Assembly: GCA_050250375.1 (NCBI GenBank)
Contig: JBFWOS010000003.1
Location: 209,284-273,283 of the forward strand
Length of the DNA stretch: 64,000 nt
Direction: 5' to 3'
Origin: Candidatus Omnitrophota bacterium
GTDB lineage: Bacteria > Omnitrophota > Gorgyraeia > Zapsychrales > Zapsychraceae
Within the stretch, counting starts at the first letter, position 1. Every line of letters starts with the position of its first letter. Shown piece by piece: positions 11,070-20,498 of this stretch. The position numbers and the translations under genes were made by a program. The notes under the pieces are model-generated. The model had not been told where the DNA came from. It was given only the letters and a program-made list of their open reading frames with translations, and did no database searches.

Positions 11070-11402
11070 CTAAATCATATTTAAATAAATCTCATCATTT
11101 TCAATCTTGACCGGGTATGTTCTCAAAGTCCAATCCTGGTTTCCTCCCAAATGTTTGCCGGTTTTCAGAGAAAACGAGTTTTTATGTAACGGACAGGCGA
11201 TCTTCGGTTCCCCCTGGTCTTCACCGGTTAACCCCCGGGATAAAACACTTTGTTTTTTATGCGGACAGGTGTTTTGAACGGCATACCATTCGTTCTGGCT
11301 TTCAAAATTAAAAATTGCGATTTGAAGCTCCCCGACCTTGACGCAACTTCCGCCGTTGCGAAGGACATCTTCTTTCTTACATACTTTCACCCATTCAGAC
11401 AT
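11070..11402 (-). CDS. nirD: Nitrite reductase [NAD(P)H] small subunit NirD (Rieske type)
   Basis: 110 aa with Rieske motifs CPHKKQ…CPLHK. Its start overlaps the nirB stop. Confidence 0.8.
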   Translation of the reverse strand: MSEWVKVCKKEDVLRNGGSCVKVGELQIAIFNFESQNEWYAVQNTCPHKKQSVLSRGLTGEDQGEPKIACPLHKNSFSLKTGKHLGGNQDWTLRTYPVKIENDEIYLNMI

Positions 11403-13936
11403 TATCCGTCTCCCATCATCGGCTTATGGTTTGAAACCTCTTCCAGAATAAGCGGTTTGATTTGACCACGTTCTTCGGTAAATTGTATGGTTGTATCTGT
11501 ATCAGGCGAATTGACAAAAGGCCGAAACCTTTTCAACTTTTCCGGATCATCTAACGCCTCCGACCATTCACATTTATAAGTATCCACCTGATATTGCATC
11601 TCCGCTTCCAATTCAGCACAAATTCCCAAACAGTCATCAATAATAATTTCTTTGAGCCGGTCAATCCCGCCTTCAAACTTATTTAACCATGTTGCCGTGC
11701 GAGTTAATCTATCTGCTGTCCGGATGTAATACATCAAGAATCGGTCAATATATTTGATCAATGTGGTCTCATCCAAGTCTTCAGCAAACAGTCTGGCGTG
11801 CTGGGGCTTCATTCCGCCGTTACCGCACAGATAAAGGTTATACCCTTTATCTGTGGCAATAACGCCGAAATCTTTGCTCTGCGCTTCAGCACATTCGCGG
11901 GAACAACCTGAAACGGCCGATTTAATTTTGTGCGGAGCCCTTAATCCTTTATACCGGTTTTCGATTCTGATCGCCAAACCGACGCTGTCCTGGACTCCGA
12001 ACCGGCACCAGGTTGACCCCACACAGGATTTTACTGTGCGCAAAGCCTTGGCATATGCATGGCCGCTTTCAAGCCCGACCTCTTGTAATTTCTTCCAAAT
12101 CTTTGGCAATTGTTCCAATTTAGCCCCGAACATGTCGATTCTCTGTCCACCCGTAATTTTGGTGTAAAGGTTAAACTCTTTGGCCACCGCCCCAATAGCC
12201 ATCAACTGGTCGGGAGTAATCTCTCCTCCGGGAATTCTTGGGATCACAGAATAAGATCCATTCTTCTGTATATTGGCCAAAAAATGATCGTTTGAATCCT
12301 GGATATCTTGATGCTTCAAAACAAATTCGTTTTGATAGCTGGCCAGGATGGAAGCAACGGCCGGTTTACAAATTTCACATCCCCGTCCTTTTCCATACCG
12401 CCCCAAGACCTCCCAATAACTCCTGATCTTTTCCGTACGGATGATTTCAGCCAATTCAATCCGGGAATAACTAAAACATCCGCACATGGATTTATTGACA
12501 GTTCCCCCGGATTTCTTGACTTCAAGATTAATAATATCGGTAATTAACGGAACACATCCCCCGCATCCGGTCCCGGCCTTGGTGCATTTCTTTATGTCGG
12601 CTACTGTTTTGGAACCATTTTTATACGCCTCAATAATCTGGCCTTTGGTGATATTTTCACATGAACAGATTCCTGCCGTGTCTGGAAAGGCCGCAACCCC
12701 GCTGTCTTCCGAGGAAGATTTCAGTTGGATCAATAAAGACTCCGGTGAATCGGGAACCTTAATCTGCGCCTGACAAATTTGTAATAACTTTCCGTATTCA
12801 GACGCATCCCCGATCAGAATCCCGCCAATGAGAGTTTTAGAATTTTTATCAATTAATAATCTTTTGTAAATACCCCCTAATCCGTTATGGATCATGACAT
12901 TCACAATGTCATTTCCTTCAGCAAACGGATTTCCGAAACTTCCGACATCAACCCCCATCAACTTAAGTTTTGTTGACATGTCCGCTCCGGTAAATTCATT
13001 CGTTTCACCGGTCAATTGACTGGCGACGACATCCGCCATTTTGTACCCCGGGGCAATAAGTCCATACACCATCCCTTCATAGACGGCGCATTCTCCGATC
13101 GCGTAGATATCCTCCGCTGAAGTTTTCAATTGTGAATCCACTAAGATCCCGCCCCGTTCCCCAACCTTAATTCCATTGGACTTGGCAATATCGTCTCTTG
13201 GACGAATCCCGGCCGAAACAACGATCATATCCACCTTCAACACTTGTCCGTCTGCAAAGACGATTCCATCCACACAATCATTACCGGAGACTTCTTTCGT
13301 CGTCTTGTTCAAATGAACTTCAATCCCTAATTTTTCAATCTGTCTTTGCAAAAATTCTGAACCGGTCTGATCAACCTGTCGGGGCATCAACCGGGGATTA
13401 AATTCGATCACGTTCGTATTTAACTTAAGATCCAGTAAGGCCTTGGCTGCCTCCAGCCCCAAAAGACCGCCACCGATCACAGCCGCGGATTTAACATTCT
13501 TGGCGTATTCAATGATGGCATCCAGGTCTTCAATCGTCCTATAGACGAATACGCCCTGCTTGTTTATCCCGGGGACAGGGGGGACAAACGGTGTTGAACC
13601 GGTGGCCAGAACCAGTTTGTCGTATTCAAGCTTCTTTCCTTTATCCGAGATGATAAATTTCTCAACCGGATTAATGGTTGTCACCTTCTCATTGACATAC
13701 AGATCCACTCCGTTTTCCTCATACCAGGAAAATGGCGCCATTGTCAGTTCTTCAAGAGTCTTACCGCTGAAATAGGCGGTTAAATTAACCCGATCATAAG
13801 CCGGACGGGGCTCTTCTCCAAAAACAGTAACCCGGTATTGGTTCAGTTTGTCTTTATTGATAAGCTTCTCACAAAACTTGTACCCGACCATGCCGTTACC
13901 AACGACAATTATTCTCTTTCGGATTTGGTTAATCAT
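11402..13936 (-). CDS. nirB: Nitrite reductase [NAD(P)H] large subunit NirB
   Basis: 844 aa with an N-terminal FAD/NAD Rossmann motif (IIVVGNGMVGYKF), sirohaem/4Fe-4S nitrite-sulfite reductase blocks, and a BFD-like 2Fe-2S insert. Confidence 0.9.
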   Translation of the reverse strand: MINQIRKRIIVVGNGMVGYKFCEKLINKDKLNQYRVTVFGEEPRPAYDRVNLTAYFSGKTLEELTMAPFSWYEENGVDLYVNEKVTTINPVEKFIISDKGKKLEYDKLVLATGSTPFVPPVPGINKQGVFVYRTIEDLDAIIEYAKNVKSAAVIGGGLLGLEAAKALLDLKLNTNVIEFNPRLMPRQVDQTGSEFLQRQIEKLGIEVHLNKTTKEVSGNDCVDGIVFADGQVLKVDMIVVSAGIRPRDDIAKSNGIKVGERGGILVDSQLKTSAEDIYAIGECAVYEGMVYGLIAPGYKMADVVASQLTGETNEFTGADMSTKLKLMGVDVGSFGNPFAEGNDIVNVMIHNGLGGIYKRLLIDKNSKTLIGGILIGDASEYGKLLQICQAQIKVPDSPESLLIQLKSSSEDSGVAAFPDTAGICSCENITKGQIIEAYKNGSKTVADIKKCTKAGTGCGGCVPLITDIINLEVKKSGGTVNKSMCGCFSYSRIELAEIIRTEKIRSYWEVLGRYGKGRGCEICKPAVASILASYQNEFVLKHQDIQDSNDHFLANIQKNGSYSVIPRIPGGEITPDQLMAIGAVAKEFNLYTKITGGQRIDMFGAKLEQLPKIWKKLQEVGLESGHAYAKALRTVKSCVGSTWCRFGVQDSVGLAIRIENRYKGLRAPHKIKSAVSGCSRECAEAQSKDFGVIATDKGYNLYLCGNGGMKPQHARLFAEDLDETTLIKYIDRFLMYYIRTADRLTRTATWLNKFEGGIDRLKEIIIDDCLGICAELEAEMQYQVDTYKCEWSEALDDPEKLKRFRPFVNSPDTDTTIQFTEERGQIKPLILEEVSNHKPMMGDG

Positions 13937-14033
13937 GGATCAAACTCCTTCTGAAGACATAAAAAAAGCCCCAGATCCGGCCTTATTAAGGCAAATCTAG
14001 AGCATCTATGCTGCGGACAATGTACTTATAAAA

Positions 14034-14073
14034 AAGCCCAAATCTCCCGTTTTTCGGGTGATTCGGGCGTCAT
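14034..14073 (-). terminator. Intrinsic-terminator-like hairpin plus U-run (minus-strand sense), between the regulator gene and nirB
   Basis: On the plus strand the sequence is GCCCAAATCTCCCG-TTTTT-CGGGTGATTCGGGC with 12 of 14 positions paired. On the minus strand this hairpin is followed by UUUUUUAU. Confidence 0.4.
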
Positions 14074-14265
14074 TGTCCCTTAATTTCTTTCACTGAAATC
14101 TGATGCAAGCAACATCTTTGCTGCTTCCATCGGTTGTAATAACATTCAAAGTATATATCATTTATCTATTTGGTCAATACTCTATCGTGCATCCTTAACC
14201 ACCGTCGTGAATCCGAAAAACCTGACTCTATATACCTATGCCAAATAGGCATACAAGCCAGGGCC

Positions 14266-15117
14266 TTACGCAACCTCCATGGACTTAAGATAAGCAACCA
14301 GATCCGTATTCTCTTTTGAAATCTTAAGTTTTTTTCGGATATGGTTTCTATGATTATCTATGGTTCGAATTGATGCGTTCAGTATATCGGCAATCTCCTT
14401 ACTGGTATGTCCTTGTTTGATCATATTGCATATTTCAATCTCTCTTTGGGAGAGATCCAAATCGCGGCCGGATACTTTTGTCCCAAATCCGGAGGTAATT
14501 GTCTCAAGATTTTTTTCTAACATTTCTATATGACGCCTGTCAATGGGACTGCCTTTTCTCTTCAACTTTTCCACCAGGGGCCAGACAAGCTGGTTGAGAT
14601 TATTGCGAATATGATCTTTGATCCTGTTTTTTTCGATTTCGAGCTCGATTAAAAGTTGATTTAATACGAGGTTCTTTTGTTCAAGTATCTTTTTCTGATG
14701 AATCAGTTCCCGTTCTGCATCTGAAAACATGGACTTATTTTTAATTTCTTCTTTTCGGGAGACAAAAAACATGACGCCTCTTGTATTTAAAAGTTGACCC
14801 TTGTCATCAAAATGTGCTGAAGCATTAAGAATTACATCAATCTGATGCCCCTTTTTATGCACGAGTGTATAGTGCAGATTGTCAACTTTTCCTTTTTCAT
14901 GGATATCCTTCCAATGCTGTTCAAACTGGGTCCTTTGCTCCTCAATAATCAAATCCGACCATTCTTTGCGATTGATGATTTCATCCCGGGCATACCCCAG
15001 CATATCCAACTCGGTTTGATTCATATAAATAATCTTGCGGTTGGGTCCAAAGGCGTGTAAACCAATGGGTGAATTTTCGAAACAATCACCTAGGTATTGA
15101 TCGTCCAGATTGTTCAT
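14266..15117 (-). CDS. PAS-domain / LuxR-type HTH transcriptional regulator (no receiver domain)
   Basis: 283 aa with an N-terminal PAS-like region and a C-terminal GerE/LuxR HTH (LSQREIEICNMIKQGHTSKEIADILNASIRTIDNHRNHIRKKL). It lies directly upstream of the nir-nrt-nas operon. Confidence 0.7.
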   Translation of the reverse strand: MNNLDDQYLGDCFENSPIGLHAFGPNRKIIYMNQTELDMLGYARDEIINRKEWSDLIIEEQRTQFEQHWKDIHEKGKVDNLHYTLVHKKGHQIDVILNASAHFDDKGQLLNTRGVMFFVSRKEEIKNKSMFSDAERELIHQKKILEQKNLVLNQLLIELEIEKNRIKDHIRNNLNQLVWPLVEKLKRKGSPIDRRHIEMLEKNLETITSGFGTKVSGRDLDLSQREIEICNMIKQGHTSKEIADILNASIRTIDNHRNHIRKKLKISKENTDLVAYLKSMEVA

Positions 15118-15307
15118 GATTGAAAACCTTCCGTTTTATCCAATAAAAAAACCCAACCCTCTTTAATTTCTAGAGAATTGGGCTTCATTGTCCTATTTAT
15201 TCTGCCTTGAATCTATTAACGACGCCTTTGTCGTTAACTCAGACTTACTATGTTTTTAAGTATAATCAGATTTTCTGATTTGTCAAGATGTTGCCTTTCA
15301 AATCCGT

Positions 15308-15505
15308 TTAAAGGTTTGGCCCGTGCCCTCCCCAATCAGCAGATATTTGTCTGGCTTTGACGATAAACGCCCCCTGAAGACGCTGTGGATCATATCCCAC
15401 CTTAATCAATGCCTGTTCCAGTAAATCAATGGCTTCGCAGATATCCACGATTGTTTCGTCTTCCAGGGTGATTTTATGCCCTTCATGTTCAATGGTTATT
15501 TTCAT
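15308..15505 (-). CDS. Hypothetical small protein (65 aa)
   Basis: ORF 2 nt downstream of lgt on the same strand. No recognisable motif. Confidence 0.3.
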   Translation of the reverse strand: MKITIEHEGHKITLEDETIVDICEAIDLLEQALIKVGYDPQRLQGAFIVKARQISADWGGHGPNL

Positions 15506-15506
15506 T

Positions 15507-16346
15507 CTAACCTTTAATCCATTTTGGTTTTGTCAAAAAAATTATAACGGGAATTACAACCATAAATGCAGATAAGATCTGCCCCATGGATAAACTAAGC
15601 GTGATAAATCCCAAATGTTCATCCGGTTGGCGGACAAATTCAATAAGGAATCTGACAAACCCGTAACCGAATAGATATATAAAAAACAGATACCCTTTAC
15701 AACTTTCCTTATTTCTCAAAGTCCACAGGATTAAAAACAACACAATCCCTTCAAAAAACGCTTCATAAAGCTGTGAAGGATGCCGCAGATCATAGGTTGG
15801 TGCCCACGGGAAATACATACCCCAGGGAACTTGTGTCACCCTCCCCCATAACTCACCATTCAGAAAATTCCCAATCCGCCCGCAAGTATACCCCAAAGGA
15901 ACAGCTGGTATAAAAAAATCGACAAATGACCAAAATTGGAATTTGCATTTCTTGCAAAACAACACCGTTGCTATAAGCACCCCGACTAACCCGCCGTGAT
16001 AAGACAGACCGCTGATCCCGACGATGCTGATACCGTCAACTTTTCTAAACGGCCAGAACACTTCCACCGGATGCTGTAAGAAATAACTAAAATCATAGAA
16101 GAATATATACCCGATGCGCCCGCCGATCAAGGCCCCAAGGACAGCCCATACAATATAATCTTCACATTGTTCCCGTGTGTAATTGAATTGCTCTTTTCTG
16201 ATTCTGTATAACAGGACGCCATAAACTACCAAAAAAGACATCAAATACATGATCCCGTAATACCGGATTTGAACAGGGCCGATTTCCAGTAACACTGGAT
16301 TGATATTTTCCGGCAAATGCTGCCACCAATGAATGAATGAATTCAT
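15507..16346 (-). CDS. lgt: Prolipoprotein diacylglyceryl transferase
   Basis: 279 aa polytopic protein with the Lgt signature (…LIGGRIGYIFFY…, H/Y-rich loops). Confidence 0.85.
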   Translation of the reverse strand: MNSFIHWWQHLPENINPVLLEIGPVQIRYYGIMYLMSFLVVYGVLLYRIRKEQFNYTREQCEDYIVWAVLGALIGGRIGYIFFYDFSYFLQHPVEVFWPFRKVDGISIVGISGLSYHGGLVGVLIATVLFCKKCKFQFWSFVDFFIPAVPLGYTCGRIGNFLNGELWGRVTQVPWGMYFPWAPTYDLRHPSQLYEAFFEGIVLFLILWTLRNKESCKGYLFFIYLFGYGFVRFLIEFVRQPDEHLGFITLSLSMGQILSAFMVVIPVIIFLTKPKWIKG

Positions 16347-16404
16347 AGTTTAAAACTCGGCTCTGAACCTATTCTGGCATTACAACTCTTGAAACGGTTC
16401 CTCA

Positions 16405-16743
16405 TTAGTCTTTTATTTTCTTGTTCAAGTGAGGCAGGCTGGAAGGATCGTTGGATTTTACAAATCTTTTTTCGGTCCCTGTCGCGGTAACATTTTCGTA
16501 AACACCTTTGTCTCGTTTGACCAATTTCGTAAAACCAAGCTCCTTCAAGCGTGAGTCTCCGATGGTAGACTTAACCTGTGGAAAAGCGATCACGCGTTCA
16601 ACCGGGGCATCCGCTTTCGTGTCGCCCAGGTCAATACCGGCCATATTACAAACTTCTCCCCAAGTCTTTAGGTGTGTTTTGATTTCGTGTTTGACCTCTA
16701 CTGTCTTATTGTTTGCTTTGCAAAAATAATCGTAGAACGGCAT
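16405..16743 (-). CDS. Hypothetical protein (112 aa)
   Basis: The N-terminus MPFYDYFCKANNKT is weakly FmdB-like, but the protein lacks a four-Cys zinc ribbon. Confidence 0.3.
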   Translation of the reverse strand: MPFYDYFCKANNKTVEVKHEIKTHLKTWGEVCNMAGIDLGDTKADAPVERVIAFPQVKSTIGDSRLKELGFTKLVKRDKGVYENVTATGTEKRFVKSNDPSSLPHLNKKIKD

Positions 16744-16751
16744 AACGTCTC

Positions 16752-17018
16752 CTAAGGCTCAATAACACCCGCCAAAAGGATTAATTCATCCACCAAGAGT
16801 ATTGGAATGTGATCACGGATAGGATAAATGCAACTCCTGTCGCCAACACGAAACAACCCGCCATCAATCGGCTGCTCAACCTTCTGCTGCGATTTGTTGC
16901 GCACACGGCCTTCCTTGATCGCTTGATTAATTTTCGCGACCGTATCCTGGTCGGCCAGTTCAACATCCTTTTTGGTTTCCGGGCAAGCCAAAATATCTAA
17001 TAGGTCTTTATCAATCAT
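16752..17018 (-). CDS. Trm112/YcaR-family small protein (DUF343)
   Basis: 88 aa with the N-terminal motif LLDILACPETKKDV, typical of Trm112-like proteins. Confidence 0.55.
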   Translation of the reverse strand: MIDKDLLDILACPETKKDVELADQDTVAKINQAIKEGRVRNKSQQKVEQPIDGGLFRVGDRSCIYPIRDHIPILLVDELILLAGVIEP

Positions 17019-17020
17019 AG

Positions 17021-17449
17021 CTACATGGTCGTGAGCATATAATCCACGACTTTTCCTTCCACTCCTTTTGAACGCAAATAATCAATTTGCTCTATGGTTA
17101 AGTTATAGCGGGATCTGGTACGGATGATTTCATCAATAATGATATTGCTCGGAACACCTTTCTGGGCCATATCCGCTATCTCAACAACGGATAAATAACT
17201 TGAACCGGAACCGGCCCGCTTGTCCATGGCATTTCCGATCAAACCGCCGGTCAATGCGCCCGCAGCTGCACCGATGGCCGCTCCTTCACCTCCATGGTGA
17301 TCATCTTGATGGCCAACAATTCCGCCGATCGCTGCCCCGGTCACAGCCCCGATGGCCGCCCCTCTTTTTGTATCGGTATCAAGTGTTTCACACCCGTAGG
17401 CCAATACGGTCAGAAGCAATGCCAATACTGTCAGTTTTTTCATATTCAT
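17021..17449 (-). CDS. Glycine-zipper lipoprotein (YMGG/OmpA-like glycine-zipper family)
   Basis: Lipobox LLTVLAYGC followed by GxxxG zipper repeats (GAAIGAVTGAAIGGIVG … GAAIGAAAGALTGGLIG). Confidence 0.5.
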   Translation of the reverse strand: MNMKKLTVLALLLTVLAYGCETLDTDTKRGAAIGAVTGAAIGGIVGHQDDHHGGEGAAIGAAAGALTGGLIGNAMDKRAGSGSSYLSVVEIADMAQKGVPSNIIIDEIIRTRSRYNLTIEQIDYLRSKGVEGKVVDYMLTTM

Positions 17450-17517
17450 ACCTCCTGAAAATGTTTGATCAATATAAGTATACTATGATTTTCTAAAATA
17501 GTTTATTTGAAACAAAA

Positions 17518-17952
17518 TTATTGTTTGGATAATGTCCGCAATCGCTCGGCCATGGCAAAAAATCCGTTTCTGCGGTTCGGGCTTAAATGACTTTCCAGCC
17601 CCAATTTTTTAAAGATACCTTCTATATTTACGGCCGAAATTTCAGCGGCCGTTTTTCCATCATAAACGATCTGCATGATGGCAATCAGTCCGTTGACAAT
17701 CATGGCATCACTGTTGGCAATAAAATGAATACTCGGCGGAGTCTCCTGCGTTTGCGTGATCACCATATGAACCGTGCTGATGCACCCGTGAACCCTGTTT
17801 TCTTCGGTCTTGTCGGTTTCCTGGAGCTGCGGTATTTTCTTTCCCATTTCGATAATGAACCGATACCGGTCCTGCCAATTGTCAAGGACCTCAAAATTTT
17901 TATAAAGACGGTTTAAATCCATCTGCACGGCTGTTCCTCTTGTCTGATCCAT
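17518..17952 (-). CDS. sufE: SufE-family cysteine desulfuration (sulfur acceptor) protein
   Basis: 144 aa with SufE motifs (…DRYRFIIEMGKK…VHGCISTVHM). Confidence 0.65.
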   Translation of the reverse strand: MDQTRGTAVQMDLNRLYKNFEVLDNWQDRYRFIIEMGKKIPQLQETDKTEENRVHGCISTVHMVITQTQETPPSIHFIANSDAMIVNGLIAIMQIVYDGKTAAEISAVNIEGIFKKLGLESHLSPNRRNGFFAMAERLRTLSKQ

Positions 17953-17954
17953 TT

Positions 17955-18500
17955 TTAAATGATTTCAGCGGTCTGTTTGTTTTTTTGAAAATCCTTATAA
18001 AGCAGGCTGGGCTGGACACCGGTGTTATTTTGGTACTTATCACTTTGATATTTTTCAAAATCACCTTCAATGGCGTGATAAAAAATCTGGCATATTTCAA
18101 CCCCCGGATAAATACGGATCGGTTTTACACAAAACATCTCAAGGGTCCAATAACCGGAAAACCCGACGTCACCGAAACCGGCGGTAACATGGACAAAAAG
18201 TCCCAACCGTCCGATGGATGAACGACCCTCCAGCATCGGGACACAATTGTCCGTTTTTGTATGCTCAATCGTCCTTCCTAAATAAAGCTGTCCGCACTCC
18301 AGTTGCAGTCCTTCTTCCGGAATAATTATTTCGTTCACCTTGTTTTCTTTCTTCATATCCAGGACGTTTTGCTGGTATACAAGCACTTTGTTATGCAGCC
18401 TGAGATTATAACTGTTCGTGTTTAACTGATCCTCATTAAACGGATCAATAAAAATGTCTTTGCCCAATCTTTTTTTAATTTCCAAACCAGATAGGATCAT
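17955..18500 (-). CDS. dcd: dCTP deaminase
   Basis: 181 aa with the dCTP deaminase/dUTPase fold. The N-terminus MILSGLEIKKRL and the NSYNLRLH block are present. Confidence 0.85.
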   Translation of the reverse strand: MILSGLEIKKRLGKDIFIDPFNEDQLNTNSYNLRLHNKVLVYQQNVLDMKKENKVNEIIIPEEGLQLECGQLYLGRTIEHTKTDNCVPMLEGRSSIGRLGLFVHVTAGFGDVGFSGYWTLEMFCVKPIRIYPGVEICQIFYHAIEGDFEKYQSDKYQNNTGVQPSLLYKDFQKNKQTAEII

Positions 18501-18515
18501 GGATTCTTTCCTTTC

Positions 18516-19046
18516 TCAGCGAAGAAGTTCCCAAGCCAGATGTTTTAATTCCTTCTCGATCAATTTCTCCCAGGCCAGTTGAACGGCATTGGGTGAGCCG
18601 GGGATGGATATAATGATTTTATTTCTGTAAACTCCCGCAATGGCGCGCGAAAGCATGGCTGCTGAACCAACTTCCTGATAACTTAGCATCCGGAAGAGTT
18701 CTCCGAAACCCGGCAGAGTCTTTTCCAGTTTTCCGGCCAATACGTCAAACGTACGGTCACGGCTGGCAATCCCGGTTCCGCCGTTAAATATAATGACCCG
18801 GACAGGCGTATTCACCAGCTTTTCAAGAACGTCTTCGATTTCTTTCGGTTCATCGTGAACAATGTAATAATCCATCAGACGATGCCGGACATTATCCATT
18901 TTTTCCCGGAAGTATTGTGCGTTCTGATCCGTCTGGGGAGTCCGTGTGTCGCTCACCGTTACAAGACTTATACTGACCGATTCCTGTTTCGACGCTTGCT
19001 GTCTGTGGTCATTAACGGATGAAGAGTTGGCCTTATCCCTAGACAT
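18516..19046 (-). CDS. Molybdenum cofactor biosynthesis protein MogA/MoaB family
   Basis: 176 aa with the MoCF-biosynthesis domain ([11 protein letters not shown]…[13 protein letters not shown]). Confidence 0.75.
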   Translation of the reverse strand: MSRDKANSSSVNDHRQQASKQESVSISLVTVSDTRTPQTDQNAQYFREKMDNVRHRLMDYYIVHDEPKEIEDVLEKLVNTPVRVIIFNGGTGIASRDRTFDVLAGKLEKTLPGFGELFRMLSYQEVGSAAMLSRAIAGVYRNKIIISIPGSPNAVQLAWEKLIEKELKHLAWELLR

Positions 19047-19050
19047 AAAA

Positions 19051-20037
19051 TTATTTTAAACCGCCGGAATGGTTCTTACGAATGACGGCGACCGCATTGT
19101 GACTATGCAATGATTCCCAGTGCTCAACACTGGCAACCCAATCGATAATCTTTTCTTCAGAATTGAGGACTTCGCTTAATCGCCGCGTGGCATGCTCGAC
19201 AAACATCGGGTTCTGCGCGTTTAATATGGCAAAAGCCTGCTCATCAATCCGTTTGACAAAACTTTGTGTTTCTGTCGGAATCGCATTCCTCAAGAGCAGG
19301 ACCAGGTCCTCAACAAAAAAATTGTCGATGTCCTTTATTTCAACGGTTACTCTGGCCTCTGAACGCTGGCTGTGCGGAACAGCCATCCCGTTACCTTCTG
19401 TAATTTTTTTCTTGGAATGCTCGTATTCGTATTGTTTTGACATCGACAAACTGCATGGGCAAGTTGAGGAATACTCATAATGGACCGTCAGAAAAAGACG
19501 CAACTTTCCCTGGTCATCCTGTCCTTCAAGAATACAGTTATAGTACTGCCAGCCCCAGTAATCGCTTTTTAAAGCCTGTTGTTTCAGGGCATATTTAAAT
19601 CTCAGCTTCAAATAAGACTTCTTGAAGAGCGGGTCTTTTTCAATATCCCGCATATCTCGACGATAACGTCCTAATAATTTTTTGAAAAACTCGGTACAAA
19701 CATGTGTGTTGGCCGCTTCTTCCTGAAGAATCTGGTAAAGCCGGCTCATGTTAATCCCGGCCTTTCCTTTGGGGAAATGAATATACATACTGGCTTCAGT
19801 ATCATGGTTGATCAGGTTACCCTCTGCATTTTTATAATTCAAAGGGATACGAAAACGGTTGATGCCGACTTTATCTATATCAATCCCGAACAAGTCCGGC
19901 AATTGATGAAAGTCATTCAAACCTGTTTCATCTTTACTTTCACATTCCAATATACGATCTTCCGACCGGGTCAATGATTGATCCATTGTTTTCTCCTTAT
20001 CCGATAAAACCTTAATCTTTCGTGTACGTTTCTTCAA
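19051..20037 (-). CDS. folE2: GTP cyclohydrolase I type 2 (FolE2/MptA, DUF198)
   Basis: 328 aa with FolE2 blocks (GINRFRIPL … [12 protein letters not shown] … KGINMSR). Confidence 0.7.
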   Translation of the reverse strand: MKKRTRKIKVLSDKEKTMDQSLTRSEDRILECESKDETGLNDFHQLPDLFGIDIDKVGINRFRIPLNYKNAEGNLINHDTEASMYIHFPKGKAGINMSRLYQILQEEAANTHVCTEFFKKLLGRYRRDMRDIEKDPLFKKSYLKLRFKYALKQQALKSDYWGWQYYNCILEGQDDQGKLRLFLTVHYEYSSTCPCSLSMSKQYEYEHSKKKITEGNGMAVPHSQRSEARVTVEIKDIDNFFVEDLVLLLRNAIPTETQSFVKRIDEQAFAILNAQNPMFVEHATRRLSEVLNSEEKIIDWVASVEHWESLHSHNAVAVIRKNHSGGLK

Positions 20038-20495
20038 CCGTAAAATGTCACCTTGTGATCGATTAGGTTGCCATCTTTATAACAAAACTTGGCTGAAAAG
20101 AATTGATTCCTGTCCAGCCACGTTAGAAACATTTTATCACCTTCCCATAAATATAAATCCAGAAGGTCTTTGTCATTTATCCACTTAAGTTCACCTTCAT
20201 TGCATTCTGTCATCTCACCGCTGAAATCTTCAGCTGTAAATAAAAAAACCAGCCAATCTTCTTTATCCTTAAACTCCGGAAAGGTCATGACTGCCCTCAA
20301 GCGGGGAGAATGAATATCTAAGCCTGATTCTTCTTTGACTTCCCGGATAACACATTCTTCCGGAGTTTCCCCAGGGAGAAACTTACCGCCCAAACCATTG
20401 TACTTGCCTTTATGGACATCCGAATCTTTCTTCACTCGATGCAACATAAGGGTTTTGCCGTCTTTTCTCAAATAACAAAGCGTTGATGCGAGCAT
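20034..20495 (-). CDS. NUDIX hydrolase (MutT/8-oxo-dGTPase-like)
   Basis: 153 aa with a Nudix box (GGKFLPGETPEECVIREVKEESGL). Confidence 0.75.
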   Translation of the reverse strand: MLASTLCYLRKDGKTLMLHRVKKDSDVHKGKYNGLGGKFLPGETPEECVIREVKEESGLDIHSPRLRAVMTFPEFKDKEDWLVFLFTAEDFSGEMTECNEGELKWINDKDLLDLYLWEGDKMFLTWLDRNQFFSAKFCYKDGNLIDHKVTFYG

Positions 20496-20498
20496 AAA

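Noticed and set aside
13937-14033. Sigma-54 (TGGCAC-N5-TTGCW) promoter upstream of nirB
   Set aside because: No GG-N10-GC element matching the consensus on the minus strand. The promoter remains unassigned.
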